The notes: generated from the sequence alone by a model not told the origin. Shown: positions 23,870-35,790, numbered from the whole stretch's first letter. The stretch is 62,890 nt of DNA, filler included, from Octopus bimaculoides (GCF_001194135.2; 5 parts of 5 records of this genome joined end to end with filler, not necessarily neighbours in it), one strand, 5' to 3'. A program made the numbers and translations.

Positions 23870-24125
23870 ACTTCTCAGAGCGCTCGGTCTTGTTTGCCCT
23901 GATTGATTCTGTGGGAGCGGACGGCAGCCTGTTGTCAGAGGTCCCACAAGGTCTCTTTCCGAAAATCATAAACTTTAATAATTGGTTAATTAAAGACATT
24001 CAATACCCAAGTACCACTCTCAAAATCCTAGCTATCCGTAGCAGAGCGGTTTTTGGGAGGAAGGGCTTGCTCTGTTCGCATGTCAATTCCGATTTCTGTG
24101 GCATATTTCTCGAGGTTGGTTGCTG
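23870..24125 (-). mobile_element. R4/Dong-like 3' end, family C
   Basis: minus: NLEKYATEIGIDMR...QKTALLRIARILRVVLGY* (frameshift); tail (AAC/AAT)n. Confidence 0.75.
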
Positions 24126-24133
24126 TTAGTTGT

Positions 24134-24196
<63 letters not shown>

Positions 24197-24199
24197 CAT

Positions 24200-24409
24200 A
24201 TTCAGTAGTTTTATTTTTATAACGTGCTTTCACTTCACTACCGAGCGCAGCTCTGTGTGCCTTGGGTATGTGCTGTGGTTTGCTGTGATGCTCTTATGGT
24301 TACTGTATTGAAAGTGTTTTGCGTAGGATATGTGCAGTGCCCAGTAGTGCAATTTTCTGTATGTTATATATATTTGTAAGTCCTGGTGTTTTTGTTATGT
24401 ATTTGTCTG
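24200..24409 (-). mobile_element. R4/Dong-like 3' end, family A
   Basis: DKYITKTPGLTNIYNIQKIALLGTAHILRKTLSIQ* antisense; ends at a gap. Confidence 0.88.
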
Positions 24410-25190
24410 NNNNNNNNNNNNNNNNNNNNNNNNNNNNNNNNNNNNNNNNNNNNNNNNNNNNNNNNNNNNNNNNNNNNNNNNNNNNNNNNNNNNNNNNNNN
24501 NNNNNNNNNNNNNNNNNNNNNNNNNNNNNNNNNNNNNNNNNNNNNNNNNNNNNNNNNNNNNNNNNNNNNNNNNNNNNNNNNNNNNNNNNNNNNNNNNNNN
24601 NNNNNNNNNNNNNNNNNNNNNNNNNNNNNNNNNNNNNNNNNNNNNNNNNNNNNNNNNNNNNNNNNNNNNNNNNNNNNNNNNNNNNNNNNNNNNNNNNNNN
24701 NNNNNNNNNNNNNNNNNNNNNNNNNNNNNNNNNNNNNNNNNNNNNNNNNNNNNNNNNNNNNNNNNNNNNNNNNNNNNNNNNNNNNNNNNNNNNNNNNNNN
24801 NNNNNNNNNNNNNNNNNNNNNNNNNNNNNNNNNNNNNNNNNNNNNNNNNNNNNNNNNNNNNNNNNNNNNNNNNNNNNNNNNNNNNNNNNNNNNNNNNNNN
24901 NNNNNNNNNNNNNNNNNNNNNNNNNNNNNNNNNNNNNNNNNNNNNNNNNNNNNNNNNNNNNNNNNNNNNNNNNNNNNNNNNNNNNNNNNNNNNNNNNNNN
25001 NNNNNNNNNNNNNNNNNNNNNNNNNNNNNNNNNNNNNNNNNNNNNNNNNNNNNNNNNNNNNNNNNNNNNNNNNNNNNNNNNNNNNNNNNNNNNNNNNNNN
25101 NNNNNNNNNNNNNNNNNNNNNNNNNNNNNNCAGCAATTAAAAATCCTTCAGTCTCTGCTTTGAGTCCTGAGCTTCGCAGCCATTGCTGGG

Positions 25191-25245
<55 letters not shown>

Positions 25246-25664
25246 GTTTGACTCTGGCTTTGTATTTGTATAAATTGACTCCAAGTCTCATCCAGAGACC
25301 TCAAGCCACAACAAATTAGAAGTCTAAGTCAGTATTATGACTACCGTTCCATATCTGTGGTTTTGGACAGAGTATTATTATTCTAGAGAGTGTCTGTCAA
25401 AAGATAAGAAAATTAGAAGTTTGTTTTAAAAGTAATTTGGTGATAAGATGATAGTGTGATCTTAAGATGACAGTAAAAGGTATTTGCTATTATGTACATT
25501 TAAAAGTACTTTTGACAATGTTTACAGATTATAATGTTTTTGAGATTACATCGACAATATTTTTCGTAGGATATGAGTAGTTCCATGATCAATGTGTTTT
25601 TTTAATTTCTGTCATTTTTGGATTTCCTGATATCTGAGATAGATAGCAATCAGCCCCTTTAGCT

Positions 25665-26760
25665 ATCATTCCTAGAGCACCTATGACAACAGGCATTGTT
25701 TGAGTCTTCTGGTTCCACATTTACCAAATTCTATTTCAAGGTTTTTATATTTGTTCAGTTTTTCGTAGGTCTTGAGAGATACATTCAGGTCGTCTGGGAC
25801 ACTCATAGCGATAAGGAGGTGTGATCTTTGTTTGAAATCCTTCAATATAATCTCTGGCCTATTTGCATCTATCCTTCTCTCAGTTTGAACGGTAAAGTTC
25901 CAAAGGAGTGAGAAGTGATCATATTCAAGCACTGGAGGTGGTTTGTTTCCCACCAGTTTTTATCATGGGGCAACTCCAGGTCTTTGCTAATTTATCAGTT
26001 AATATACTGCGCCGCTCTATCATGCTTATTGAGATACTGTGTAGATGCAAGAAGACAGCACATGGAGTCAATAGGATTGATGGTTTCAGTTTGTTGTTTA
26101 CATACACGACATGTTGGGCTACTGCCGTTCTTTAAGATGCTGGCCTGGTAACTTCTTGTAGGTAAGCATTAATCTTGAGCTGCTATGATAAATCCTGCTG
26201 TCTCTGGTTTTAAGCCAGAAGACGCCAACCATTAATGGGTAACGGTTTTGTCAACATCAGTATCATTATCTCTCTTTCAGTATTCACCATTGAGAGGTTT
26301 TTTCTCGCTATTTATCAGTAAGAATATCTAAGACAGCAGTTTTAGCAAGGGTTTGGGTAATTCGTGGAAAACCCCACTCATAAAAGCCAAGATTATTCTA
26401 CCGTCTCCAAGGCATCAAAAGTTCCCTCTTTCAGTTTCTTTCTTCCTACTTCAGAAAGCATATTCAGAATAAAAATCAACAGTTTTGTCACTTTCATCCG
26501 CCTTTCGGCAAAGACACTAAGAGACAGCACCACTCCTTTACACTCGCCCGAAAAACTTGATGAATGTTTGGCCAGATAGGAAGGTGTCAGCAAGACAGGT
26601 CCTCCATACAACTTCTTTCACCACAGCCTCTGCGTCGAAAAATATCTGCCTCTCTTTTCTGCCCTATCTTGGTCTATGATTGACCCATGATTGCAGGTTG
26701 GTCCAAGAGTGAAGCTACGGAAAGCCTTATAGCATAAGTGACGACGCGCACACCTGTTCG
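25665..26760 (-). pseudogene. R4/Dong-like fragment (CCHC + RLE), family E
   Basis: WLASSGLKPETAGFIIAAQD, TCRVCKQQTETIN, LWNFTVQTERRIDANRPEII, YEKLNKYKNLEIE. Confidence 0.88.
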
Positions 26761-26789
26761 CTTACGTTTTCATCATAATCGTGGACATC

Positions 26790-27015
26790 ATCACCTTAAA
26801 CTACATATTTCTACAGGTTGTTTCAGCCTCACTGTGTACCGATGCTTCACCAAGGACGGCATCTTGAGACCACCATGCAGTGGGTGTTGACAGCAGATGG
26901 ATTTCTTGATCAGCGGAAGAAACGGGAAAGTAAGTGCTCCAATCTGGTCCGCCGTTTCTTAGAACAAGGTACGATGGTCGGGCAGCAGTACACCTCTGAG
27001 GCTATATGTCCATTC
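26790..27015 (-). pseudogene. L1/Tx1-clade LINE post-RT fragment
   Basis: TIVPCSKKRRTRLEHLLSRFF / PLIKKSICCQHPLHGGLKMPSL resembles the F.FLW...GGLG.P motif. Confidence 0.6.
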
Positions 27016-27019
27016 ACTA

Positions 27020-27445
27020 CTTCCGCGAGCTGGTAGAATCGTTGGCATGCCGGGTAAAATGCTTAGCGGTATTTCATCCGTCTTTACGTTCTGAGTTCAA
27101 ATTCCGCCGAGGTACACTTTGTCTTTCATCCTTTCGGGTTCGATAAAACTTGAACACTGGGGTCGACTTACTCCCTCCTCCAAACTTTGAAATCATTATT
27201 GATATTCTTCTTGTTGTTACGACAAGGGAACTACCAGAATTGTTAGCGCGTCGGACAAAAGGCTTGATGGTATTTCTTCTGAATTTTTACGCACTGAGTT
27301 CAAATGCTGCCAAGATCACTTTTGCCCTTCGTTCATCCGGGGTCCAAAAATTTAAGTACAGGTCAAGTACTTGTGTCAATGTAATCAGTTAATCCCTTGC
27401 TGCTACAATTGCAGGCCTTGGGCCCAAATTTGAAACAATTATTAT
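27020..27445 (+). mobile_element. two tandem MetaSINE-like copies
   Basis: gcgagctggtagaatcgttggc...gagttcaaattccgccgagg, then a second older copy ending attattg. Confidence 0.8.
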
Positions 27446-27449
27446 TGCT

Positions 27450-27690
27450 GTAAAGATTGTTTGCCAACAGAACATGGCAGTCCTGGTTTAGGACGAATAT
27501 TGCTGTGATTTAGCCCCAGGAGACATCGTCTCCAGCTGGCTATACGACACGATCTGTGTCCTTTGTTCGAAAATATAAGGACACAGATTGTGTTGTATAG
27601 CCAGCTGGAGACAATGTCTCCTGGGGCTAAATCACAGCAACATTCATCCTAAACCAGGACTGCCATGTTATGTTGGCAAACAATCTTTAC
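27450..27690. mobile_element. fold-back (palindromic) element: 114-bp arms, 13-bp loop
   Basis: 27450-27563 is the reverse complement of 27577-27690 with 6 mismatches. Confidence 0.92.
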
Positions 27691-28024
27691 TCCAAAGTAC
27701 TGTTGCTGAATATCTCTCGTTGTGAGATTTAGAAATAGTAATTTTCTAATTATTATTGCTGTTGTTGTTGTTATGTTGCATTAGCAGAATCATTTGGATA
27801 TTGCCGAGGTTGACTTTACATTCCATCCTTCTGGTATTCATAAAATACCTTAACTGCAATGCGTAATAATATAACCGAATTAATCAACTGTACGATTCCC
27901 TCTTTAAATATTAATATTCTATGTTTATGTTACAAATATCTGTTATTTATTCCGACTTTTTAGTAGCGATACTTTGATTAACTCTTTCTGTTCGGACGAA
28001 TTTGTTTGTAAGAAAGCTGGTAGA

Positions 28025-28148
28025 TACATTATTTACATTATTGACATTTGACGGATATTTGTCCTCATCCACGAGCATATGGAGTAGTGCTTAAGAGCGC
28101 GGGCTACTGACCCAAAGATTCCGAGTTCGATTCCAGGCAGTGACCTGA

Positions 28149-28183
<35 letters not shown>

Positions 28184-28190
28184 AATAAAG
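28025..28190 (+). mobile_element. tRNA-like SINE head + (AAT)n, preceded by an inverted piece of its putative tail
   Basis: gcatatggagtagtgcttaagagcgcgggctactgaccc..ccgagttcgattcc (A/B boxes) at ~28073-28149; 28025-28069 matches ~55131-55178. Confidence 0.75.
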
Positions 28191-29128
28191 TGCAAAAAAT
28201 CGTGTTAACTGGAACGACTCATGTACTGAGAAGAGCATTATTGCTGTGAAAACAACATCCATTCATGATTTTTTTTTTTTTTAAATACATATGTTACCTG
28301 TGAATTTGCGTGTGTAAATTGGGAATGCATACAATGAGTTTCTCTGTCCTAGTTGTACAGAAAACACTCAGCAAGAAATCGAAGAAAATTTGANNNNNNN
28401 NNNNNNNNNNNNNNNNNNNNNNNNNNNNNNNNNNNNNNNNNNNNNNNNNNNNNNNNNNNNNNNNNNNNNNNNNNNNNNNNNNNNNNNNNNNNNNNNNNNN
28501 NNNNNNNNNNNNNNNNNNNNNNNNNNNNNNNNNNNNNNNNNNNNNNNNNNNNNNNNNNNNNNNNNNNNNNNNNNNNNNNNNNNNNNNNNNNNNNNNNNNN
28601 NNNNNNNNNNNNNNNNNNNNNNNNNNNNNNNNNNNNNNNNNNNNNNNNNNNNNNNNNNNNNNNNNNNNNNNNNNNNNNNNNNNNNNNNNNNNNNNNNNNN
28701 NNNNNNNNNNNNNNNNNNNNNNNNNNNNNNNNNNNNNNNNNNNNNNNNNNNNNNNNNNNNNNNNNNNNNNNNNNNNNNNNNNNNNNNNNNNNNNNNNNNN
28801 NNNNNNNNNNNNNNNNNNNNNNNNNNNNNNNNNNNNNNNNNNNNNNNNNNNNNNNNNNNNNNNNNNNNNNNNNNNNNNNNNNNNNNNNNNNNNNNNNNNN
28901 NNNNNNNNNNNNNNNNNNNNNNNNNNNNNNNNNNNNNNNNNNNNNNNNNNNNNNNNNNNNNNNNNNNNNNNNNNNNNNNNNNNNNNNNNNNNNNNNNNNN
29001 NNNNNNNNNNNNNNNNNNNNNNNNNNNNNNNNNNNNNNNNNNNNNNNNNNNNNNNNNNNNNNNNNNNNNNNNNNNNNNNNNNNNNNNNNNNNNNNNNNNN
29101 NNNNNNNNNNNNNNNNNNNNNNNNNNNN

Positions 29129-29161
<33 letters not shown>

Positions 29162-30029
29162 TCTTTTTATTATTAATTCGAAAGAAGTTCAGCTTCGAAC
29201 TGTAACATAGAAAGAAGACAAAAAAAATAATGATAAATAATAACAATAATAATAAAGACAAGGGAAATAATTATGAGCGAGAATTATAAATGACGATGAA
29301 ATATGGATGAAAAAACAACAAAAGTCAAAAAGATAAAACACAAAATACATAAAATACAATTTTGAAAACAAGAAAATAAATGGGTGGGGAGAAAAAATAG
29401 ACACAAAACAAAAACAAAAGAAAAATTTGAATAAAATTATAATGCAATTTCATTTTGAACATACGGCAAAAAAAAACATTTCTTTCATGTTCATAAAATT
29501 GGTGTTTTTTAAAAGAATCACGTTTGAGTTCATTTTTATAACTGAGAGAAAGAGAGAGAAAATAACCATTACGTTTAAGAATGTTTAATGCAATTGAGGT
29601 TGTAGACTTATTTTGGTTTTGTTTTCATTGTCTTTTTAAATTTTATTTATTGCTGTTTTTCTATTGTTATTGCTGTAGTAGCGGCGGCGGCGGTGGTGGT
29701 GATGGTGGTGGTGGTGGAGGTTCTATTGTCTTCGATTTAATTGGAGCCCCGTGGAATAATACAAGTGTTTCGATCACCATAAAATCATCTGTCATTCTGT
29801 TGGTCAAATATTTTTGATTCGTTAAAAGAAGCAGCACAAATTTTTAATGATCTTTAAAATCTTGTGATTTAAGTAAGATTTTCGTGAAAATCCTTAATTG
29901 ACTGTGAAAGGCAGAGAGAGGGGGGAGGGAGAAGAGAGAGACAAACAGAGACAGACAGACAAAGACAGTGAGAGACAGAGAAAAAACAATGCAGCATATT
30001 TAAGTAAACAAAATACAAAAAATAAGACG

Positions 30030-30450
30030 GTGACTGTGTGATAAGGAGCTTGCCTCCCAACAACATGGTTCCGGGTTCAGTCTCACTATGTAGTACCTTG
30101 GGCAAGTGACTTTTACTTTAGCCTCGGGCCAACCAAAGGCTTGTCAGTGGATTTGGTAAACGGAAGCTGAAAGAAGCCTGTCGTATATATACAAACATGC
30201 ATATATGCATTTGTATGTATGTATGGATGTATATATGTATGTATGGATGTATGTATGTATGTATATCGTTGTGTCTGTTTGTCCGCCCAGTATCACTTGA
30301 CAGGCGACGTTGGTGTGTTTATATCGCTGTAACTTAGCGGTTCAGCAAAAAGTGCCCGATGTAATAAGTACTAGGCTTACAAGCAATGGGTCCTGAGTTC
30401 GATTTCTTCGATTAAAATACCCTTTAAGGTGGTGAAGCAAATAAATGAAT
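30030..30450 (+). mobile_element. OR/OK-type SINE, full length
   Basis: head gagcttgcctcccaacaacatggttccgggttcagtc; (TATG)n spacer; tail gtaacttagcggttcagcaaaa. Confidence 0.85.
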
Positions 30451-30747
30451 AAAAGGATAAAGTTATAGAAAAGAGAAATTTGTTACCAAAGTAGTAGTAG
30501 TAGTAGTAGTAGTNNNNNNNNNNNNNNNNNNNNNNNNNNNNNNNNNNNNNNNNNNNNNNNNNNNNNNNNNNNNNNNNNNNNNNNNNNNNNNNNNNNNNNN
30601 NNNNNNNNNNNNNNNNNNNNNNNNNNNNNNNNNNNNNNNNNNNNNNNNNNNNNNNNNNNNNNNNNNNNNNNNNNNNNNNNNNNNNNNNNNNNNNNNNNNN
30701 NNNNNNNNNNNNNNNNNNNNNNNNNNNNNNNNNNNNNNNNNTAGAGA

Positions 30748-30808
<61 letters not shown>

Positions 30809-30879
30809 GGTGGTGTTAGTAGTAGTAGTAGTAGTAGTAGTAATAGTAGTAGTAGAAGTAATAGTAGTAGTAGTAGTTA

Positions 30880-30915
<36 letters not shown>

Positions 30916-31533
30916 ATGAAGTAAAAACAAAATGACTGATGCATGTATATGTGTGTACTTGTGTGTGTGTTTGCGTCTGTGTGTGTGTGTGTGTCTGTGT
31001 CTGTGTATGCGTGTGTTATTTTACTGGTTTCAGTCATTGCTCTACAACCATGCAGGGACAACGACTTCAGAGATTTTAGCTGCTTTAGTAAGTATTCAAA
31101 CCTACCGGATATATTGATGATTACGTATGTAAGACAACGAGCACAAAAATTAAGACATTATATATACATACATATAAATATAAATAATATATATATATAT
31201 ATATANNNNNNNNNNNNNNNNNNNNNNNNNNNNNNNNNNNNNNNNNNNNNNNNNNNNNNNNNNNNNNNNNNNNNNNNNNNNNNNNNNNNNNNNNNNNNNN
31301 NNNNNNNNNNNNNNNNNNNNNNNNNNNNNNNNNNNNNNNNNNNNNNNNNNNNNNNNNNNNNNNNNNNNNNNNNNNNNNNNNNNNNNNNNNNNNNNNNNNN
31401 NNNNNNNNNNNNNNNNNNNNNNNNNNNNNNNNNNNNNNNNNNNNNNNNNNNNNNNNNNNNNNNNNNNNNNNNNNNNNNNNNNNNNNNNNNNNNNNNNNNN
31501 NNNNNNNNNNNNNNNNNNNNNNNNNNNNNNNNN

Positions 31534-31583
<50 letters not shown>

Positions 31584-31594
31584 CATGCATATAT

Positions 31595-31870
31595 GGGTAC
31601 AGGACGTCATCAACAGTAAGCAACATGAAATACGAAAACAAATGAGTTAAATACGCAAAGAACGAGAGAAACAAATGGAAAGCAGGACAATTAATACAAT
31701 TAAACAGAGAAAGATCCTTCATCAGTTGTCGAATGTCTGTCTACTACTCATTTCGAGCATTCAGCGACAATATGAGTCTTCAAAGACAGCTGCTCCCATG
31801 AGTACCAAATTAAAATTTGGGATTCATGGAGGATCAAAATTGGGAACAAATGTAGGACAGTGGTGACATA
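31595..31870. repeat. interspersed repeat, Penelope-terminal-repeat-like; related to 44495-44770
   Basis: both start gggtacaggac.tca and share ccttcatcagttgtc...gtctact..catttc.agcatt. Confidence 0.6.
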
Positions 31871-32222
31871 CAAGAAAACAAGTAAAAAGATAGAAGAGAG
31901 AGAGAGACAGGATAGGTCCAGTCCTTAGGACAGTCCTGAAAGAAGACAAAGATGAACACTTTAGGAAAAGAAAGATGGACGATGGTCACGTGTGAGCAAC
32001 AAGAGAGAGTGAACAGGAGAAAGAGGGAGGGAGAATGAGAGACAGACAGACAAAAAGACAGATAGAAAACGATGAAGGGGAGAAAAAGGGGGAATTAGAG
32101 AAAGGTAGAGAGAGAAAACGATGAAGAAGAAAAACAGTATAGAGTAGAATGAAAACGATTAAGATAAACTTACTTGGAAATGGGTGCGTGACGTTCAATC
32201 AAATAATAATATAAATAATATA

Positions 32223-33251
32223 CACAGACATGCAGGATACTTTACTGATAGACGCCTTTAATCTTGAAAATCTTTTATTTAATACACAAAGCGAACAATT
32301 AAAATGTAATCGATAGGTAGGACTACATACTTTAGTATTTAGTTGACATTCCCTTTGCAGTTTTTAATTCAGAAACTCCTTTTGGTATTGAACTGACGAG
32401 CTTTGTGATTGTCTCTTGTGGAATTTCTGCCCACTTTTCACGCAACAATCGAAACAATTCATCTTTAAATTTAGGTTTCTGTCGAATTTTTCGTATAGCT
32501 CTATCTAGTATGCGCCAAAGATTTTCAATTGGGTTCATGTCAGGAGATTGGCTCAGCCAAGGAAGCTTTTTGATCCCATTTTCAGTCAACCATTGTTGAT
32601 TCGTTTTCGCTGTGTGGCATGGAGCCCCATCTTCCATGAATAAAACCTCATTTTTCGTTATGTCATCGTGTGAATACATCGGAAGTAGTCCTTGCTTAAG
32701 TATTTTGATGTATTTTTCAGAGTTTATGGTTCCAACACATTCGATCAGCTCAGAACGACCATTACTGGTGACAGCTCTCCATACCATGACAGAGATACCG
32801 TCATGTTTCAGAGTTGGTTGAAGTAATTTCAAATCAAATTCTTGAGACGCAAACACGTCCACTGTGTGAAAATAAGGCAAATCTGGATTCATCTGAGAAA
32901 ATCACTCTATCCCAAAATGAACTGGATTTTTCTGACATCTCCTTAGCCCATTTCTTTCTTTTCATGATATTAATTGGTTGAAGAAGAGGTTTTCTTCTAG
33001 CTGCTCATCCATAATACCCAAGCTTATGCAGATATGTAACACACGTTCTTGCACTAACTTCTAGCTGTTTTGCAATGTCAGAAGCCTTCGAACGGAGTTC
33101 GTTTTCCACAATTCTCTTCAAACAGCGAAGCTTCCTTTCCGAGGGCCCAGATCACCCGGGACGAGAATCTGTTGATTCTTTTCCTTGGCTTTTGAATTGC
33201 ACTATAATTCTATATCAAGAGGAATTTGAAGATTTTCCGCAGTTTTTCGCA
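32223..33251 (-). pseudogene. Tc1 transposon, 5'-truncated; DD34E transposase pseudogene
   Basis: WDRVIFSDESRF, VMVWRAVT, FMED-34 aa-E (SPDMNPIENLW), stop at 32332; frameshifts upstream; end ta|cacagacatgcagg at 32221. Confidence 0.93.
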
Positions 33252-33438
33252 AGGACGCAGTCAAATGACTGAAACAAGTAAAAGAACGAAAGAATAAAGA
33301 ACAGAATTAGGGTTTAAGATTTACACCAGCTGTTTCGGTATAATTTTATTCATGTATTCAGAGATTACACCACAGCACATAATCTAACATCTGCAGATAA
33401 AATTTTAAACAGGTATAAACAGGCGAGATAATACCTTA

Positions 33439-33467
33439 ATGATGACGAATCCAACGAACATTTCTTG
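33439..33467 (+). CDS. possible short exon ending in a consensus donor
   Basis: ATGATGACGAATCCAACGAACATTTCTTG|GTAAGT; no homology recognised. Confidence 0.15.
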
Positions 33468-33637
33468 GTAAGTGGTACTTTGCATCTGATACCATCATGT
33501 TTGTCTGCCACACCCTTACTGTGAACCTTATGGTATTGTACCTAGCCATTTCTGGCGTCCTGCGTTTTAATACGTCTCGATTCTAATGAATCCTATATCT
33601 AATATGTATGTGTATGTATATATATATATATATATAT

Positions 33638-33737
33638 NNNNNNNNNNNNNNNNNNNNNNNNNNNNNNNNNNNNNNNNNNNNTTAATTAATTAANNNNNNN
33701 NNNNNNNNNNNNNNNNNNNNNNNNNNNNNNNNNNNNN
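33638..33737. other. artificial scaffold linker
   Basis: 44N, TTAATTAATTAA at 33682-33693, 44N. Confidence 0.95.
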
Positions 33738-33850
33738 ATATATATACCGGAGTAAGCACATGAAATGTGCAACAAGGTGGAAAAAAGAGTACTCAAATAC
33801 CAGAGGTAGAGTAATATGCTTTATTTAAAAGCAGCAGAAAAATAACAAAA

Positions 33851-33891
33851 GACTGTTACTCAGAGTTTCACGTTCCCGTTCATCGGACAGT
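33851..33891 (-). ncRNA. type I minimal hammerhead ribozyme (U4C core)
   Basis: minus: actgt CCGATGA acg-ggaa-cgt GAAA ctc-t-gag TA acagt. Confidence 0.7.
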
Positions 33892-33906
33892 TTTGTTTCT
33901 AACAAA

Positions 33907-33946
33907 ACTGTCTGATGAACTGGAACGTGAAACTCAGAGTAACAGT
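33907..33946 (+). ncRNA. type I minimal hammerhead ribozyme
   Basis: actgt CTGATGA act-ggaa-cgt GAAA ctc-a-gag TA acagt; one stem II mismatch. Confidence 0.75.
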
Positions 33947-34009
33947 CTTTTGTTATTTTTCTGCTGCTTTTAAATAAAGTATATATATATATATAGATGC
34001 ATGTATACT

Positions 34010-34215
34010 TTCTCAGTGTCTTTGTGTTTGTCTGCTACCACTGCTTGACAGCCAGTGTTGGTGTGTTTACATACCCTGTCATATTGCAGTTCAGCAAAAG
34101 AGATCGATAAAATAAGTTCCAGGCTTATAAAAAAACGGATTGGAGTTCATTCATTTAACTAAAATTCTTCAAGGTGGTGCTCCAGCCTGGCCACAATCTA
34201 GTGACTGAAACTTAG
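34010..34215 (+). mobile_element. OR/OK-type SINE 3' half
   Basis: gcttgacagccagtgttggtgtgtttac...ggtggtgctccagcctggccaca. Confidence 0.75.
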
Positions 34216-34599
34216 ATGTACATATATAAACATAGACATATGTATACACACATACATACATACACACACATATGTATATATATGCACACATATACATATA
34301 CACACGTATGTATACATACACACACATATATATATGAGTGCATGTATGTTGATGTATATGAACATGTGCACAGAAACCTCTTTCTCTCTCTATATATATA
34401 TACATTGCACAAACACACACACCTGTCCATATGTAAGGTTACTGATATATGTGTGTGTGTGTGTGTGCGTCTGTGTGTGTGTATATAAGCATGTGTTTAC
34501 GTGTGTGCATGTGTGTGTTTGCATGTGTATGTTTGCATGTGTGCCTGTGTGTGTGTGTGTGTGTGTGCATGTGTGTGTGCATGTGTGTGTATTGGTGTC

Positions 34600-35040
34600 T
34601 GTGCATATATGGGTGTGTGTATGTGTGAGTGAGTGCTTATGGGTGCGTGTGTGTTAATGGGTGCATGTGTATGTATGTGTGTGTGCATATCTGTGCGTGT
34701 ATGCGCATGTGTTTGCATGTGTATGTATATGTGTGTACATGTGTGTGTGTGCATGTGTGTGTACATGTGTGTGTGTGCATGTGTGTGTATGGGTGTGTGT
34801 GTATGGGTGTGTGTGTATGGGTTTGTGTCTGTATGGGTGTGGGTGTGTATGGGTGTGTGTATGGGTGCGTATGTGTATGGGTGCGTGTGTGTATGGGTGT
34901 GTGTGTGTATGGGTGTGTGTGCGTATGAGTGTGTGTGTGTGTCCGTGTGCATGTGTGTGTGTGCACGTGTGTGTAAGTGCGCATGTGTGTGTGTATAGGT
35001 GTGTGAGTGTTTATGGGTGTGTGTGCATGTATGAGTGTGT
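34600..35040. repeat. (GT)-derived minisatellite with gtgtgtatgg units
   Basis: direct reading. Confidence 0.85.
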
Positions 35041-35374
35041 GTTTCTGGTTCCATTTTCTCACACTTGGTCATTTATTCTTAATGAGTGAATTACAGAGAG
35101 ACAAGTTATTGAGATTCATACGTTGCCATGTGGGAATTCTCTCAACCTGGCACTTATCTCTTTATCAGTTTTTATTTCAGTGCTTTTCATCAAAACACCT
35201 TAATTCAACTCTGCCCCTTTTTACTTAATTATCAGATAAATCTACCAGGTTCTTCTGACAAAATTACCTGGGTTCATTCAACGAAGGAAAGACTGCAATT
35301 TGAGAAAAAAGAAGGTTCTTATTATTCCGTGTTTTAACATTTCATATAATAACAGTTTCTGCTAAGACCTGAAT

Positions 35375-35790
35375 TTTTTTTTATTGTTTTACTTGCTTTA
35401 GTCATTTGACTGTGGCCATGCTGGAGCACTGCCTTTAGTCGAGCAAATCAACCCCGGGACTTATTCTTTGTAAGCCTAGTATTTATTCTATTGGTCTCTT
35501 TTGCGAAAACAAGTTACAGGGACGTACACACGCGAATATTGGTCGTCAAGCAATGATGGCGGAACAAACACAAACACATACACACACACGACAGGCTTCT
35601 TTCAGTTTCCGTCTACCAAATTCACTCACAAGGTTTCAGTCAGCCCGAGGCTATAGTAGAAGACACTTGCCCAAGGTGCCACAGAGTGGAACTGAATCCA
35701 GAACGATGTGGTTGGGAAGCAAGCTTCTTAACANNNNNNNNNNCGATGTGGTTGGGAAGCAAGCTTCTTAACACATACTCATGCCTACGC
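35375..35790 (-). mobile_element. OR/OK-type SINE, full length, antisense
   Basis: tttcagtttccgtctacc...agaagacacttgcccaaggtgcc...ggttgggaagcaagc. Confidence 0.85.

Larger units (their letters stand above)
33745..33985. mobile_element. Penelope-type terminal repeat folded back into a 79-bp-arm palindrome
   Basis: 33819-33897 vs 33901-33979, 3 mismatches, loop tct. Confidence 0.85.

Noticed and set aside
28073-28149. tRNA gene with ACT anticodon (also 55903-55980)
   Set aside because: The acceptor stem does not pair, it runs into (AAT)n, and it is part of a repeated element; treated as a SINE head
35704-35775. Direct duplications flanking short N gaps (also 37850-37920 and 37080-37360)
   Set aside because: Typical overlapping-contig scaffolding artefacts
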